Shown here: one piece after another, positions 12,848 to 25,365 of the stretch
Layout of the letters: each line of letters starts with the position of its first letter
Numbering within the stretch: the stretch's first letter is position 1
NCBI GenBank assembly: GCA_035084275.1
Contig: CM068749.1
Span: 17,484,001 to 17,548,000, forward strand
Origin: Hydrolagus colliei
Taxonomy: Eukaryota
Length of the DNA: 64,000 nt
Reading direction: 5' to 3'
Translations under genes and position numbers: made by a program
Notes under the pieces: generated by a model
Databases searched by the model: none
Told to the model about the DNA's origin: nothing
The model's input: the letters and a program-made list of their open reading frames with translations, nothing else

Positions 12848-12925
12848 TAATAATAATCCTTGCATTTGATTTAGCACCTTGTCACGTCACCAAAACATCT
12901 TAAAAGCACTTTGTATTTTGTGACT
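12848..12925 (-). mobile_element. SINE/L2 3' tail fragment
   Basis: AATAATAATCCTTGCATTTGATTTAGCACCTTGTCACG. Confidence 0.85.
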
Positions 12926-12989
12926 GCCTTGGTAACCTGTGAGAAACATTGACAACACTTCACACTAACTACTTGGGAAGAACTTTGAG

Positions 12990-13135
12990 ATCTTTCAATG
13001 TGATATGGTGTGAAAAATATTTCAATTCTGGGAAAATAGCTACAGTATATACTTAGAAAGAGCAGATAGTACAATGTGTTTGTTCAGACCCCACCTGCAG
13101 TATTGTGTTCTGGTCATTGTAGCATAAAGTAGTAT
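12990..13135 (+). mobile_element. Decayed CR1 fragment
   Basis: AGACCCCACCTGCAGTATTGTGTT encodes RPHLQYCV, cf. RPHLEYCVQFW in the CR1 at 45.8 kb. Confidence 0.5.
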
Positions 13136-13240
13136 TGCTTTACATAGAGATTAACTACAGCTAGAATGGGTCACTTGGAACAGTTGTGGTTAGGTTATAC
13201 TGACCCATTTACTTAGTACTGTACTGAAATGAACATTTAT

Positions 13241-13300
13241 TAATAATAATACTTGCATTTGATACAGCACCTTATCACACCTTCGAGACAGAATATTCTA
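13241..13300 (-). mobile_element. SINE family A 3' tail (left arm of inverted pair)
   Basis: TAATAATAATACTTGCATTTGATACAGCACCTTATCAC; followed by (TA)n. Confidence 0.85.
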
Positions 13301-13331
13301 TATACAGTATGTATATATATATATATATATA

Positions 13332-13434
13332 GCCCACATATATACAGTCAATTCACTTCACAGTATATTCTGTGAAGCGCTTTGAGACATCTAGAAGATG
13401 TGAAAAAAAAGCGTTCATCAAATGCAAGGATTAT
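13332..13434 (+). mobile_element. SINE family A 3' tail (right arm of inverted pair)
   Basis: CAGTCAATTCACTTCACAGTATATTCTGTGAAGCGCTTTGAGAC...ATCAAATGCAAGGATTAT. Confidence 0.9.
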
Positions 13435-14249
13435 ACTATCAATGAATTGACTCTGTATAGTTTGTGGGTAAAACACAGCAGCCAATTGCAAAATGTAGCA
13501 AGTTTAGTACACCTGAAGGGAGAGTAACAATGGATCTAAGAACCTCTTTATCCAAATCTCACGCGTATTGTTATGATCAATACATATAACATATTAAAAG
13601 AAAATAAGAAATAGAATAGAATAAAGGCTGGTATTTAATTGGAGAGTGCAGATGACTTGCAAATTTATTAGACTTCACTTACATGATTTAAGATATTGCT
13701 CAATCAAATGAAGCGCTCAATCAAATTATACCTTGCAACTGTATTCAGTATTTATCCAGATTACAATTACAAAGACTTCAAGCACCCTCGAATGGGGCAA
13801 GATAAAAATAGATCTGAGTGTACAGCTGAGAGATTGTTGAACTTTTCATGGAGAATGCCACATGGAGCTTTTGAATTCTAAAGTGGAAGCAGTAATGTTA
13901 AAACTGGGCAAGTGAACAGAAGTTGTGGACAATGGAACAAACTAGACTCAGTGGAACTGTGATGGAGTGTTTAGTGCCGCTATTACTGAAATGCTTTAGC
14001 TGTATACTGTTGAGGATAAAAAAATGTTACTGAATATGGCCTTGTAGAGTCTGAACTCCCTACAAACAAAGGGACAGAACACATTTTTGCAAGGCTTTTA
14101 TCCAGGGTAAATTCAAACATTTTCCTGGTTGTAATGGCCTACATTCATTGCACAGGGATTCAATTCAATTTATTCTCTTGGTCCATAGCAAATCCTACAC
14201 CACTACTCTGACAAGCACCTCTGCTTGATCAATTACATGGCTCCTAGTT

Positions 14250-14410
14250 CAATAATAGCAATAAATTGTATTTATACAGTGCTCTTTATTTAACATAACA
14301 TCTTCGAACATTTCACAGATTGGACTGGATGCCAAGCAAGAGACAAAGGGGATGGGGAGGTGCCCATAGGCTTGATCGAAGAGGTAGGAATTTAAACTCA
14401 AAGGAGTTTA
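14250..14410 (-). mobile_element. Decayed L2 3' end
   Basis: TTGTATTTATACAGTGCTC tail followed by a purine-rich GCTTGATCGAAGAGGTAGG segment, as in the other L2 3' ends here. Confidence 0.55.
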
Positions 14411-14569
14411 AGAATGGACCACAAATTCAGATAAGATTCTAGATGATCAATCAGCAATTAGTATAAAATAAGTATTGTCTCTGCAAAATAGTGCTGTAAT
14501 TGTTACCCAAAGATTGGTGAATAACTTGATAGATTAAACTTCCTGTTCAAGGGACAAGTAATGGGGTGT

Positions 14570-14946
14570 CAGATCCCAAAGAGGAAGTTATGGATTTCAG
14601 TTTCAATATATCCTTTTTTTTATACCACTGTTTGGGACCAAGCTATGTTAGTCCATGGGTGGGTTGTGAAATATTATGCCAAGGTCCCTTCTGCCTGTTC
14701 ATCTGAACATTCCAGATTCCATGGCACTGTTCAAAAAGAGAAAGGAGTTTCTCTTGGTATCCTGGCCAACAAGTCTACTGATTAATGGGACATTCACCGT
14801 ATGAACCCTTATGGGATCCTGCTGGTGCAAACGGCTTCTGTATTTGCCTACAAAAACAGTTACTACATTTGATAGCAATTACTTGTGAAGTTCCTTGAGA
14901 ATTTTCGAAATAATAAGGCACTATAAAGTACAAGTTGTTTCTTTCT
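14570..14946 (+). mobile_element. SacSINE1-like DeuSINE (family C), diverged
   Basis: CCAAGGTCCCTTCTGCC...TCCATGGCACTGTTCAAAAAGAG...TCCTGGCCAA...TGGGATCCTGCTG, then tail AAGGCACTATAAAGTACAAG. Confidence 0.8.
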
Positions 14947-16139
14947 CACTGTCTGAATGGAAGGATAAAGTGGCACAAGCGATTAACCCTACTCATTGCC
15001 AGCACTCCATTTGCAATTAAAAGATCATTTACCTTTCCATGGGATGATGCCATGTGGAGCTTGTAACTTTCAGATTGAAAGCAGTGTCATTAGGCAGAGC
15101 AAGTGAACAAAGCGATGGACACGGGAGAGAACAGTTTGAGAGATTCAATGGAAGCAGTGTGCTGAGAAAACTTGTGGTATTTAGTGAGCTCCAGAGTATC
15201 ATCAGTCAGTCTCAAACTGGTCCTGCCATTGGTTGTGGAGCACGATTCAGCTTGAATGGTAGAAAATGGAAATACAAAGAGAAATGGGGATACAAATAAA
15301 GGAATGAAAAAATCTGCTTTAAAAGATACCATCAGATTTTAAGGACAAGTGAGTTAGGTTTACAATGAGGCAGGAAGTGTAAGCTCTATTCATGAGCCTG
15401 CAGCTGAAAAGACCTTTAATCATTACATAGAGACAAAGCCATCTGAACTCTTCAAGCTAACGATTACAGAACTATTGAGCATATAAATCAAATTGGGTGC
15501 AAACTACTTTAAGCAGCCGAAAGAGATATTGATCAGAAACCATGGAAAATCACTAAAGTCCCAACACCCAGAACAGTATAATTTGAGAAGTCTACAGGCA
15601 TAAGGTTTGGTTGCTTGAAAGGAAAACCAGATGATTTCAGATGACTTTCATGTTATCTACTGGACTGAGAAATGTATCTTCAGTACATATAGAAGCTGCG
15701 ATCTCAACAACTATCTGAAATTTTTGTATGAAAGTGCACAATACTGGTGGGAGGTTACCAGAGAAGGTCAAAATTGGACTGAAGGGTTCATCAATCAATC
15801 CATCAATCAATCATTGCCTTGACCTTCAGAGGATTATTTAAGTTAACTTTCTCATACATGACTGACCACCACTAGATAAAATTAGATGAGCTTTTAGTTA
15901 CTAAGCTTAAGTAAGGCATGCACTGCAAAGCTGACAGACAAGAGACAGAAATGGTTAAGGGGACTCTCAAAAAACAAATTTAAAACCTTTCATAGCCAGC
16001 CTTTCATGCAGTACATGTGAAACAGTAGAAGAGTTAATCTGTTTTGACAAACAGATCAATCTCGATCTTGAAGAACAACAACACAGTTAAATCCCAAGTC
16101 AGACTCTGAAAATAAACAACCTGCGCAGCTTTGTTGTAT

Positions 16140-16310
16140 GATCTCCCCCTCCTACCCCACTTTCAGATCCCATATTGAACAAACTAATAATCTGGAGGGC
16201 ACTGTCACGCCTAACCAATTTCTCATTTAAAAATCAGGCTCTTCTCAATATAAGACATCAACCCAACCCTTGCACATGCACATTCAATTGCAAATTTCTA
16301 GGTCTGATCA
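16140..16310 (+). mobile_element. Possible highly decayed L2 ORF2 fragment
   Basis: TTTCAGATCCCATATT (FRSHI) ... ACCCTTGCACATGCA (TLAHA), similar to L2 LSFxxHI...TLVHAF. Confidence 0.3.
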
Positions 16311-17864
16311 TTGACATAATTGCAAGGAAACATTCAAGTAAGACTGGAATCCGACTGAGCAGAATGTGGTAGATCAACCAGAGGCCACTAGAGAAATGAG
16401 GTTAAGTTCACATGAACCTTCTGCATTCTGATTCCAAAAAGGACATTCAGAGGGTCATTTTTTCCATTGTCATACAATGTGTATATATATTTTGTATTTG
16501 TGCAGGGAATTCTAACCTCCGACCCAACATCAAATTTGCTTTCAGTACTTCTATCCCACTATGCTCTGCTCAGCACTATTTTGATAAATATGTTCAGAGT
16601 CAAGTTAAATCAGGAGAGTCTTGGATTTGGATTTTGGATCAAACATTTGAATCCTTAAAGATTTTACTTAGCTAATGTGTTCACAGTTATATTTAGCAAG
16701 CACATTTACAGAAAGATTGAGAGTTTATCGTTTACGACAAAGTAGTGAGACAAGGACATCACTAAAATAAGGTTTGCTGACGGGAAACATTGTTAAGTCA
16801 GCTTGCATTGAGAGTCTGGAAGCTGAAACGTTGCTGTGGTTTTCTAATACAAGTATTGAGCCACTGTTTATAGTAAATTCTGAAGTTGTTACAACCTTCA
16901 AGCCAACGAAATGGGGATTGAGAAAGGTGATAATAAGCACAATGCTTTTTAGATCAGATATCACTTTATGTGCCACTTAAAGTGTACATAAAAACAGCCC
17001 ATTTCAGTATTTAGAAATGTTATATTCAGCCAACGTAGCCAACCAATAGAGATAATATCAGCTGGTTGTCCACTAGTGCAAGTATACTGCATTATTTAGA
17101 TAATATTATCAGTATTCTGATCATTTTACTTTTACTAAAACAATGCATGAATAACATCTGTTGTTCGAGATTATACCCAATCACTCTTTGGTAATTTCCT
17201 TATGATTTTATACAGATGAAACTTTACTGTAGAGACAAGGAAAGCCAATTTTTTTATCGTGGGCTCATCTTATCAAGGTTTGAGCTCCTGTATGGACTTT
17301 AATGGAACTTCTGGCAAGACTGAGGAAAAGTTGCTTATAATGAGAGGTTTTGACCTTGATTATCAGTACCAGCTTAAAAAGGACGAAAAGTTACTTGAGT
17401 TACATATAATCAGCGGTTTTAACGATAATTATACCCTCCAAAATAATAATTTTAATCATTTGTGGCAGCAAATCCTTTGATGCGTTCAATGTACAAGTGG
17501 TCTATTAAAAGGGTTAAATAGCCTTTCCACCTGCCCAGAGTATTAAAGTGGAAACAAGCACTTTGCGTGTATACAGACAAAGCAGCAATCTAATTAGTTG
17601 ACGGGGTAGGTCGACAGCCCATCCTCTGAAGTGTAGATAACTGCACTTTCTAGGAATCTATGACACATAGTGACATGGACTCGAATGTGTGTGAAATCCC
17701 CAAATGCTGATCTGGTTATTAATTCACTGAAGAAGCATTGCTGTAGCAAAATGAAAATGACCTAGAGTAAGATAGTTTACTCATAGAATAAATCCAGTCT
17801 GAATGGAATAGTCTATTTCTTCCTTGCATGCTGAATATATGATAACTTATGAAAAGACATAGTT

Positions 17865-18040
17865 TCACAGCCAATGGGTGTACATCATCCAATTGCCCAT
17901 TCTTCATATGTGAATCTTGAGAATGAGTCTTAGCATTATTATTCAATCATAGACAGTCTGGTCTGATCCTGTACTCACCCAATGTTCATCCTTGTGCACT
18001 TTGCAGCTAGGGTCATTAAATAGCAATAATTTGATGGGGA
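17865..18040 (-). mobile_element. Ancient SINE family B, 3' half
   Basis: Minus strand GGGTGAGTACAGGATCAG...CACATATGAAGAATGGGCAATTGG matches 55400-55510. Confidence 0.6.
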
Positions 18041-20387
18041 AGGGCTGCCACTCTGTCTAATACCACCTGTTCTTGCTATGGGTTAAACATGCTTCTTCCT
18101 CTATCTCCAATATTCAGAGGAGATGGGAAGAGTTCCACATGGAATAGCTGATTTAGAAAGAGTTCCAGGTTTGCCAGTCTTCTCATTGATGAGGGAATGC
18201 TGTGTTATTACGCAGGGAACACTGAAGAGGAGAAAGGGAAAATAGACACCCTGTTCCTCCCAACCCTAATGGTAATGTTAAATATTTGCAAACTAAGTAT
18301 TGCACAAGTGTACTGACACCCCCAATATCTTAAAGGGTTCTTGCAGTTTCTCATGATTAAAACAGTGCAGTATCATGCCCAATTGTTGCATGACAATACA
18401 GTATATTTAACAATACAGTATATTTTATAGTTTGGTTTTCTACATTTTTCTCCATTTTGGCAGAAACTAGTTTATTGTAAAACAGCAGGATGTTTTTATG
18501 AGGTGGTATACTGTACTCTCAGCAGGTACTAGCTATGTGCAGGCAGGAAATGCAATACCCTTGGGCCCAGGTAACACACTGTTTTGTGGACAAGTGAATG
18601 CTAAGATTGCTTGCTGGAGCATAATTTGCATCAATGAGTTTAACTCAAGGAACTTTCATAAGTGGTACTGCTTCCAATCATGGCTTGTTTACACTTATGG
18701 AGATTGATTCCATTTTCTAATGGTGATACGATGAGATTAAGTCATACATTAATATGCCTGCCAGACTATAGGCAAACTTAAAAGCGCAGATGAGGTAGAC
18801 AATGGCTGTCTTAGATATTAAAGTTGAATAGGTGTCTAATATTTCAATCAGCAACAGATGAGACCTGATGATCAATTAGAAGTTGGGTAGTGACTATAAT
18901 CAAATTCAACTTCCTAAATTATTCTTTCCACAAAATATGTCTTTAGTTTAAAAGCAGAGTACTCGAGACTAAGAACATTAAGCATATTTACATTGATGGT
19001 GTGGGATTAGATAACAGAATGATCTCAGAGATTGATCAGAGCTGATCTTGTTGTAAAATTTGATGTATGAGATAGAACACTAAACTTGGGACAAGTGCTC
19101 AACTGACTGTACTCTGCTGAGCTCCGCATACTTTCACAGTCCATAAAAATCCATCCTGTGTTAAGGTGAGAGGAGCGGCTAATGGGGAAGTAATCAGGGT
19201 TTTTCTTGAGGACAATTCCAGACAGACCTGCATTACTGTTGATGGTTGAACAGCCTGTCTGGCTCATCAACGAAACCTGGTGGTATAGGCATGTCATCAT
19301 CCATGCAAGCAAAAGTCGTTATTGGTTGGGCAATCTTAACTGGACTATAAAATATGGAACTAAATCATTTCACACATCATTATCTGACCCGCTGTGTGCC
19401 TGTATGTACAGGCAGTGCAAACAACAATCTTTTTAATATGAATACAAGTCTGTTTACTGAGTGCTCCCAATTTGTTTTGGTAAACATGAAATTCGTATGT
19501 GCAGTTTAGACCTGAGGAATCTATTATGTGGTGTGCATAGAAGAGAGATGAACAAATGACTGCTGTCTGTACTGTGACAGATGTCAAATTTGGTGGAAAT
19601 TGTGAAAGGTGTACATTTTTAAAAAATACACATTAATTTCAAGACGGGCTGTATCTGCAGTTTGTGATTATCACTGCTTGTAGTGTCAAACAGTCAAGAA
19701 AATCCAAATTTACAAATGAAGTCTGATGAAATAACATTTGCAAGAAATAGAAATTATGGTACTGTACATGGGTTTGGCCACATAGTTCCAAAATCAACAT
19801 AATACAACGAAAATGATGTTCTTTTTCAGGGAGTAGAAATCTGATCACGTATGGACTGTAACACACTTAGGTTTTAGAGGAGTATGGGCACAAACATGGG
19901 AATAGGTTATTTTCTCCTATCTTCACTACTTACAGAATTAAAGTGGGAATCTAAAAATGATGCAAGACCATGTAGTATGTCCAGTGGCAATTGAGGATTT
20001 GTGTGTCTGTGTGTGTGAGGTTTGGCGGGGGTGGGAGGAGAATCAGGCCATTTATATCCCTATTGTGTCTTAGTGACTAAAGAAGCCCAAACTGCTGACC
20101 ACAATTTAAAAACAGAAATTTACTTTAATTCAATAATCATTTTGAAGTCAAAGGGCGAACATTGCAGCACACAGATTTGCTTTAGCATTCTGCGTAATTT
20201 GGAAGGACTTCAGACTATGATTATTTGTTTGGTAAAACATATTTAGAATCATCTGCAAACATAATAAAACAATACAGAAGGCTTATAATAGCACAATACT
20301 GCTAAAGGGCCATTAAACTGTTTAACTGCTTAAACTGAAAATGCTTTGTAATATGAACAGATTGCAGGAATGGATTGTTTGCCCTAC

Positions 20388-20409
20388 AGAGAGAGAGAGA
20401 GAGAGAGAG
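20388..20409. repeat. (GA)n microsatellite
   Basis: Direct reading. Confidence 0.95.
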
Positions 20410-21342
20410 GGGGGAGGCGGGAGAGGGCGGGGAGTGTGTGGAGATGAAGCAAAATCCTGACATCATCATATTGTCTAGATAGGATGAAATTATGATCTAC
20501 TGCAATATGTGATCATATTGTTCCTGCAAGTATCACCCCAACATGGAATGGTGTAAAATTGGAGTCCTTGAATTTGAGATATTTTCAAACTTTTTTTGTT
20601 TCTTTCATGTTTTCCTGTGCCCTTGAAGGCTGTAGTTTGTATTTTCTCAGCCAGGATTTTCCCACATTACACTTAACATGCAGCATTCTTTGTTCCAAAA
20701 CGATAGCAAGGTTTAATTATTCACCTCTGCTTGTGAGAGATGTTTTTTGCCTTTAGTAAGAATCCTTACCATATCTTAATCTAAGAGTAGTCATTATTGC
20801 TAAATGTGCCTCAGTACAATTAATTTTTGAGGATTACGTTTAAAAAAAGTGTCTCAAGTTGTAACATGCAGTCCCAAGATTTCATTTTGATTTACTTGAT
20901 ATCTGTTCTATCAAAACTTTGGTTGACACTGGAAATAGTCTGTTCGTGAGAAAGAACTGAACACCTGAACATTCTCCATCCCGTATTTATTGTAGAAACA
21001 TGTTTGTTGTTATTGTGTATACCACTTTAAAAACTCAGATCTGCAAGTTGAATAAGTTATCGCCAGCTCTGTCAGCAGAAGGGTGCCCAAATGTCCCTGT
21101 GCATCATGACTATTTCAAGAATGCTAATAGCCACTGGACTAAATTATTCTCATATTTAAAAGAGTTGTGTTACTGACATTTTGTTTTATCAAAGTATGCA
21201 ATTAGACTTCAGCCTTAATATCTCGGAGGCTGTCACATCTCTGAACTATGCAGCAATGCTTGCCAGTCGCAATCAGAAAATGCTCTGTCCCTTCAGCTTA
21301 ATGAAAAAGAAGCACTTGGCTATAAACTTGTAGTCATCCTGT

Positions 21343-21610
21343 NNNNNNNNNNNNNNNNNNNNNNNNNNNNNNNNNNNNNNNNNNNNNNNNNNNNNNNNNN
21401 NNNNNNNNNNNNNNNNNNNNNNNNNNNNNNNNNNNNNNNNNNNNNNNNNNNNNNNNNNNNNNNNNNNNNNNNNNNNNNNNNNNNNNNNNNNNNNNNNNNN
21501 NNNNNNNNNNNNNNNNNNNNNNNNNNNNNNNNNNNNNNNNNNNNNNNNNNNNNNNNNNNNNNNNNNNNNNNNNNNNNNNNNNNNNNNNNNNNNNNNNNNN
21601 NNNNNNNNNN
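21343..21610. other. Assembly gap (268 N)
   Basis: Run of N. Confidence 1.
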
Positions 21611-22798
21611 GAATATTAATTCCTGCTGGAAGATGACTTCACTTCCTAATGAAATTAATTAGCTGCAGTGGACCTTCAATCAGATGCCAAACACTGTCCA
21701 TGAACATAGACCTCATGTAATCTAGAGCCAGGCTACAAGCCCTGGGGCAGGAATTTACAACAGCAATGAACAATCTTCAGCTATGTGCCTCCCTTAATAA
21801 CCAAATGAACATGTAGCTCTGTGTTTGCCAGCAGCCTTCTTTTTTATTTAACAGCGCTGGTTTATCAATGCAGTTAGTTAAACATTCTTTTGCCTAATAC
21901 TACTTGTTAGTGTTAATGATAAGATTCGCTGGCAGCAATAGCATTCTGAGGAAGAGGGAGGTTTTGGGGGAAAGAACAAAGGTTATACATTATTAGATGT
22001 GAAAGCTGTTTGGTATATAGCTCTCGAACGGTTTTCAGACAAGACAACCTTACTATGATTAAATCATTGGGTTTACCTGTTGGTGTTTAACCCAGTGCTA
22101 GAAAAGTCAACTACCCAAATCCTATTAAGCACTATTAAAAAACATGAAGCTTTAAAGGAGCAGAAGCTTCAGAGTTAATCATAAACTGAATTTGCTTCTC
22201 TCCTCCAACACAATACAGGTTGAATACTCTGTCTGAGAGGCAGGTGTTGAATTCCTGCTGCACTTTCAAGATTGCAAATGTTTTGAGGGCCTCACTGCAA
22301 TTTCAGCATAAAAATCCCTAATATTCATTTAAATGTTTAATTGAAAGGAACAGAGCACGATTGAAATTGCAGCATTTATTCCAGGAATGTGACGAGTTGG
22401 GAAACATTCTGCAGTTCAGTGGGTCTTTCGAATTTCCCTTAATGTCAATCGGCAGTGGAAGGAAATAATTTCATGATCGTTGAGAGACGTTTACTTTGAA
22501 AGACATAAAGTACCATTCGATTCTGCAAGGGTTATAGACCCTGTTAGGTACAATGTGGGAATACAGTGATCAGGACCTTGGTGTATATCATTAAGAATCT
22601 GTACAAAACTTACCCTTCCAGTTGTTTTAAACTATGTTTCTATTAAATAAATGAGACTAACATTTGTTAAGATTTTTCACTTGACCAAAATTTCATAGCA
22701 AATATGATAATAAAACAAATTCTTGTGAGATTCTATAGGGTGCTTGTAGATTTTATAACTCATCCCATAGGGTTCTGCATGATGACTATAAATAGTAC

Positions 22799-22840
22799 AT
22801 TTTAAATGAACCCTATTAATTTAATAGGTTCATTTAAAAT
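22799..22840. repeat. Near-perfect 42-bp palindrome
   Basis: ATTTTAAATGAACCCTATTAA-T-TTAATAGGTTCATTTAAAAT; arms complementary except one extra C. Confidence 0.9.
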
Positions 22841-24503
22841 CCTATAGAAAGCTCCTTTACTTTGACAAAAATGAATTTACTAATGCTCTAATTAAGAATA
22901 TGCAAGCAGTTGATACAAAATCCTTATTACGTGCAGCATTAAATTTAAAGTAGCAGCAAAGGTTAACTGAAGTGTATACCAATTACTGAAATATATGAGA
23001 TGGTGAAATATATCCGACTGCTGCATTGAGATTCATTAAGATGACACTTGTGGCTTCTTTACTGTGTTCCTGCAGTCTTCAACCCAATAGCTGATTCTAT
23101 GCTTGGGTAAGGTTACTGTGCTCAGTTGCACATCTAAGTTCCTCTAGTGACATTCTGTGCAACCATTTGGAGTCCCAGATGCAGGAAATGAAATAATCCA
23201 CGTTTATACAGACATGAAAGTGCACATCTGGCACGCAGGGCTATCTAGCTACAGAAGCATAGCCTCATTTTTGTCATTGCATTTCATTAAAAAAGGACTA
23301 TGACAGCTGTATATTTTTCCTTTACACAATATGAACTTTTTTCATTTTAGGAACACTTACAAAGTAATATGCATCTATTATCTTAGAAAATACTATTAAA
23401 ATGAGTAATTTCAGTCTTGCAGTGGGCAGTTTCATGTGCAATCAAGACAGCCACTGATTCCTTGCACACAAAGAGTGCAAATTGCTCATACTAGAGTTTG
23501 GAAGTAAAGAAATCAGTAAATTGTGAAACACTTTCTTCTAAACTAACCATCCCCCACGAGACAACATGATTTTTTAAAGCTGGCTGCAAATATTTTTTTC
23601 TATTGCATTCTTGCCTTTCAGCATCGAAGACTTTTTTTTCTTATTGTAGCCAACATGCAAAGATGCAAGGCAAGTTTGGGCAAGCTCTCTATTTCTTTAA
23701 AGCGCTTATCAAAATCGTCCCAGAATACTGTCGGTGCTCAGTCAAACAAACTTCTCGCCTGTGCTTTCCAAAATCCAATAGTCAGGATTTGTGGAATTTC
23801 CTGAGTATCAGTTGTAGCCCCAGTCATTAAAAGCTCTCTCCCCCACACTCCCCCACCCACCCACCCAACATGTAGCCAAAATGCCAGCAGGAGAGAAATC
23901 TGCCCATTCCAGAAGCTAACTGAGTCACCAAGAGTCAATCTGTTTTGTTCAGCCACTGGCATTTCCTTGGGTCTTGGCCTTGCTGTGCTGTTCTGCTCAC
24001 ACACAGAGCTCCAGGCTTAGACCCTAGCTCGGCTTGACTGCCTCCTGCTTCCCTGCTTCCATTCTGCTCACTGCAGCTGTTGTTGGGTTTTGACTAGCCA
24101 GCCACGGAAGGTTCACGCCTCTGTCGGATTTCTCCAAACTTCTTGCTCTGACAGAGAATGAGGACATTTTGGCTTTGTTGTATTTCCTGGAGCAGCAGTA
24201 CAGAAGGAACCTAGAATGAAATAGATATGTAGGCATTTTATTTTATTTTTAAAAATCAAGTGACACAAAATAAACTTATCAGAGAGCTGCAGATGCCAGT
24301 TCATAATGACATGGAATTGCAATAAAAATATAAGCTCTATAAAATGTCAGTAAAAATGAGCTAATGTGCATATATCATATCTGAGTAAATATTGGTCTGC
24401 TGTGATATTCTGTTTACTGCCAACTACAGGATATACATGGAAGCAGATGTTAACACTTTGATAACTACAGTAGCACTACCCAAACTAGAACCAAAATAAT
24501 GAG

Positions 24504-24613
24504 AATAATAATCCTTGCATTTGATACAGCACCTTATCATGTCTGCAAGACTTCTTAAAGCACTTCACAGAATATACTGTAAAGTGAATTCACTGTATAT
24601 TTTGTGGGTGAAA
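24504..24613 (-). mobile_element. SINE family A 3' part (left arm of inverted pair)
   Basis: AATAATAATCCTTGCATTTGATACAGC...CACAGAATATACTGTAAAGTGAATT...TTTGTGGGTGAAA. Confidence 0.9.
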
Positions 24614-24747
24614 AAATGGAAGTGGATCATACATGTTGCCGTTTATTCTAAGAATTGTTTTTCTAATTCTATACCTCGAGGTTTTTTATTAGACACGTTA
24701 AGGAAATGTCTGATACCCACAAAATGAAATGCTCATGCTTCAGAAAA

Positions 24748-24875
24748 CAAATATACAGTCAATTCACTTTCGCACACAAAAATACAGTCAATTCACTTTA
24801 CAGTATATTCTGTGAAGTGCTTTGAGATGTCTAGAAGATGTGAAAAGCGGTATATCAAATGCAAGGATAATTATT
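24748..24875 (+). mobile_element. SINE family A 3' part (right arm), with internal duplication of ATACAGTCAATTCACTTT
   Basis: Matches the family A tail consensus seen in other copies. Confidence 0.9.
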
Positions 24876-25059
24876 TGAAAAACTATTTGAAAGAGCAGCC
24901 ATTAAAGCCCTGGCGGTACATGGAGGTTTTTTAAAAAAATTAAACTCATTGACAACACTTGTTGAGAGTTCATGCTATGGATTCTAATGTTGCAATAGTT
25001 ACCTTTCACTGAAGTGAGGCCATTTCAAATTGAAGGGTTATGAGAGGGAGGGATATATC

Positions 25060-25210
25060 CCGGAATGATTTTCTCCCTGATTTTGCTTCCCTCACTCTGC
25101 TGCATGCTCACTCCTAATGGGACAGCTGAGATCAGAACTCATCATTCTGAGATCAGAACGTAGCATTGAGAATAAGCCAAATTCCTATAAATCCATGCCA
25201 CATCACACCC
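25060..25210 (-). mobile_element. Possible SINE family B fragment
   Basis: CCCTGATTTTGCTTCCCT...GCTGAGATCAGAACTCA; weak similarity. Confidence 0.35.
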
Positions 25211-25249
25211 ATACAATAATGCACAGTGTGATCACAATCCCTTATTCTG

Positions 25250-25365
25250 TATATTTTGCCCGTAACATATACTGTCAATTCATTTTATAGTATATTCTTT
25301 GAAGCGCTTTGAGACGTCTCAAAGACGTGATCAGGCGCAATATCAAATGCAAGTATTATTATTAC
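25250..25365 (+). mobile_element. SINE family A 3' part
   Basis: TGAAGCGCTTTGAGACGTCTCAAAGACGTGATCAGGCGCAATATCAAATGCAAGTATTATTATT. Confidence 0.9.

Noticed and set aside
16795-16865. GCTGAAACGTTGCT...CTAATACAAG, possible second Penelope-like end
   Set aside because: Too short and diverged; no CTGANGA core.
18393-18426. Short tandem duplications (17 bp x2 here; 14 bp x2 at 39430-39457)
   Set aside because: Ordinary slippage; two units with no spacers, so not CRISPR-like.
20899-20915. TATCTGTTCTATCA resembling part of U2 snRNA
   Set aside because: Short gapped match with unrelated flanks; chance.
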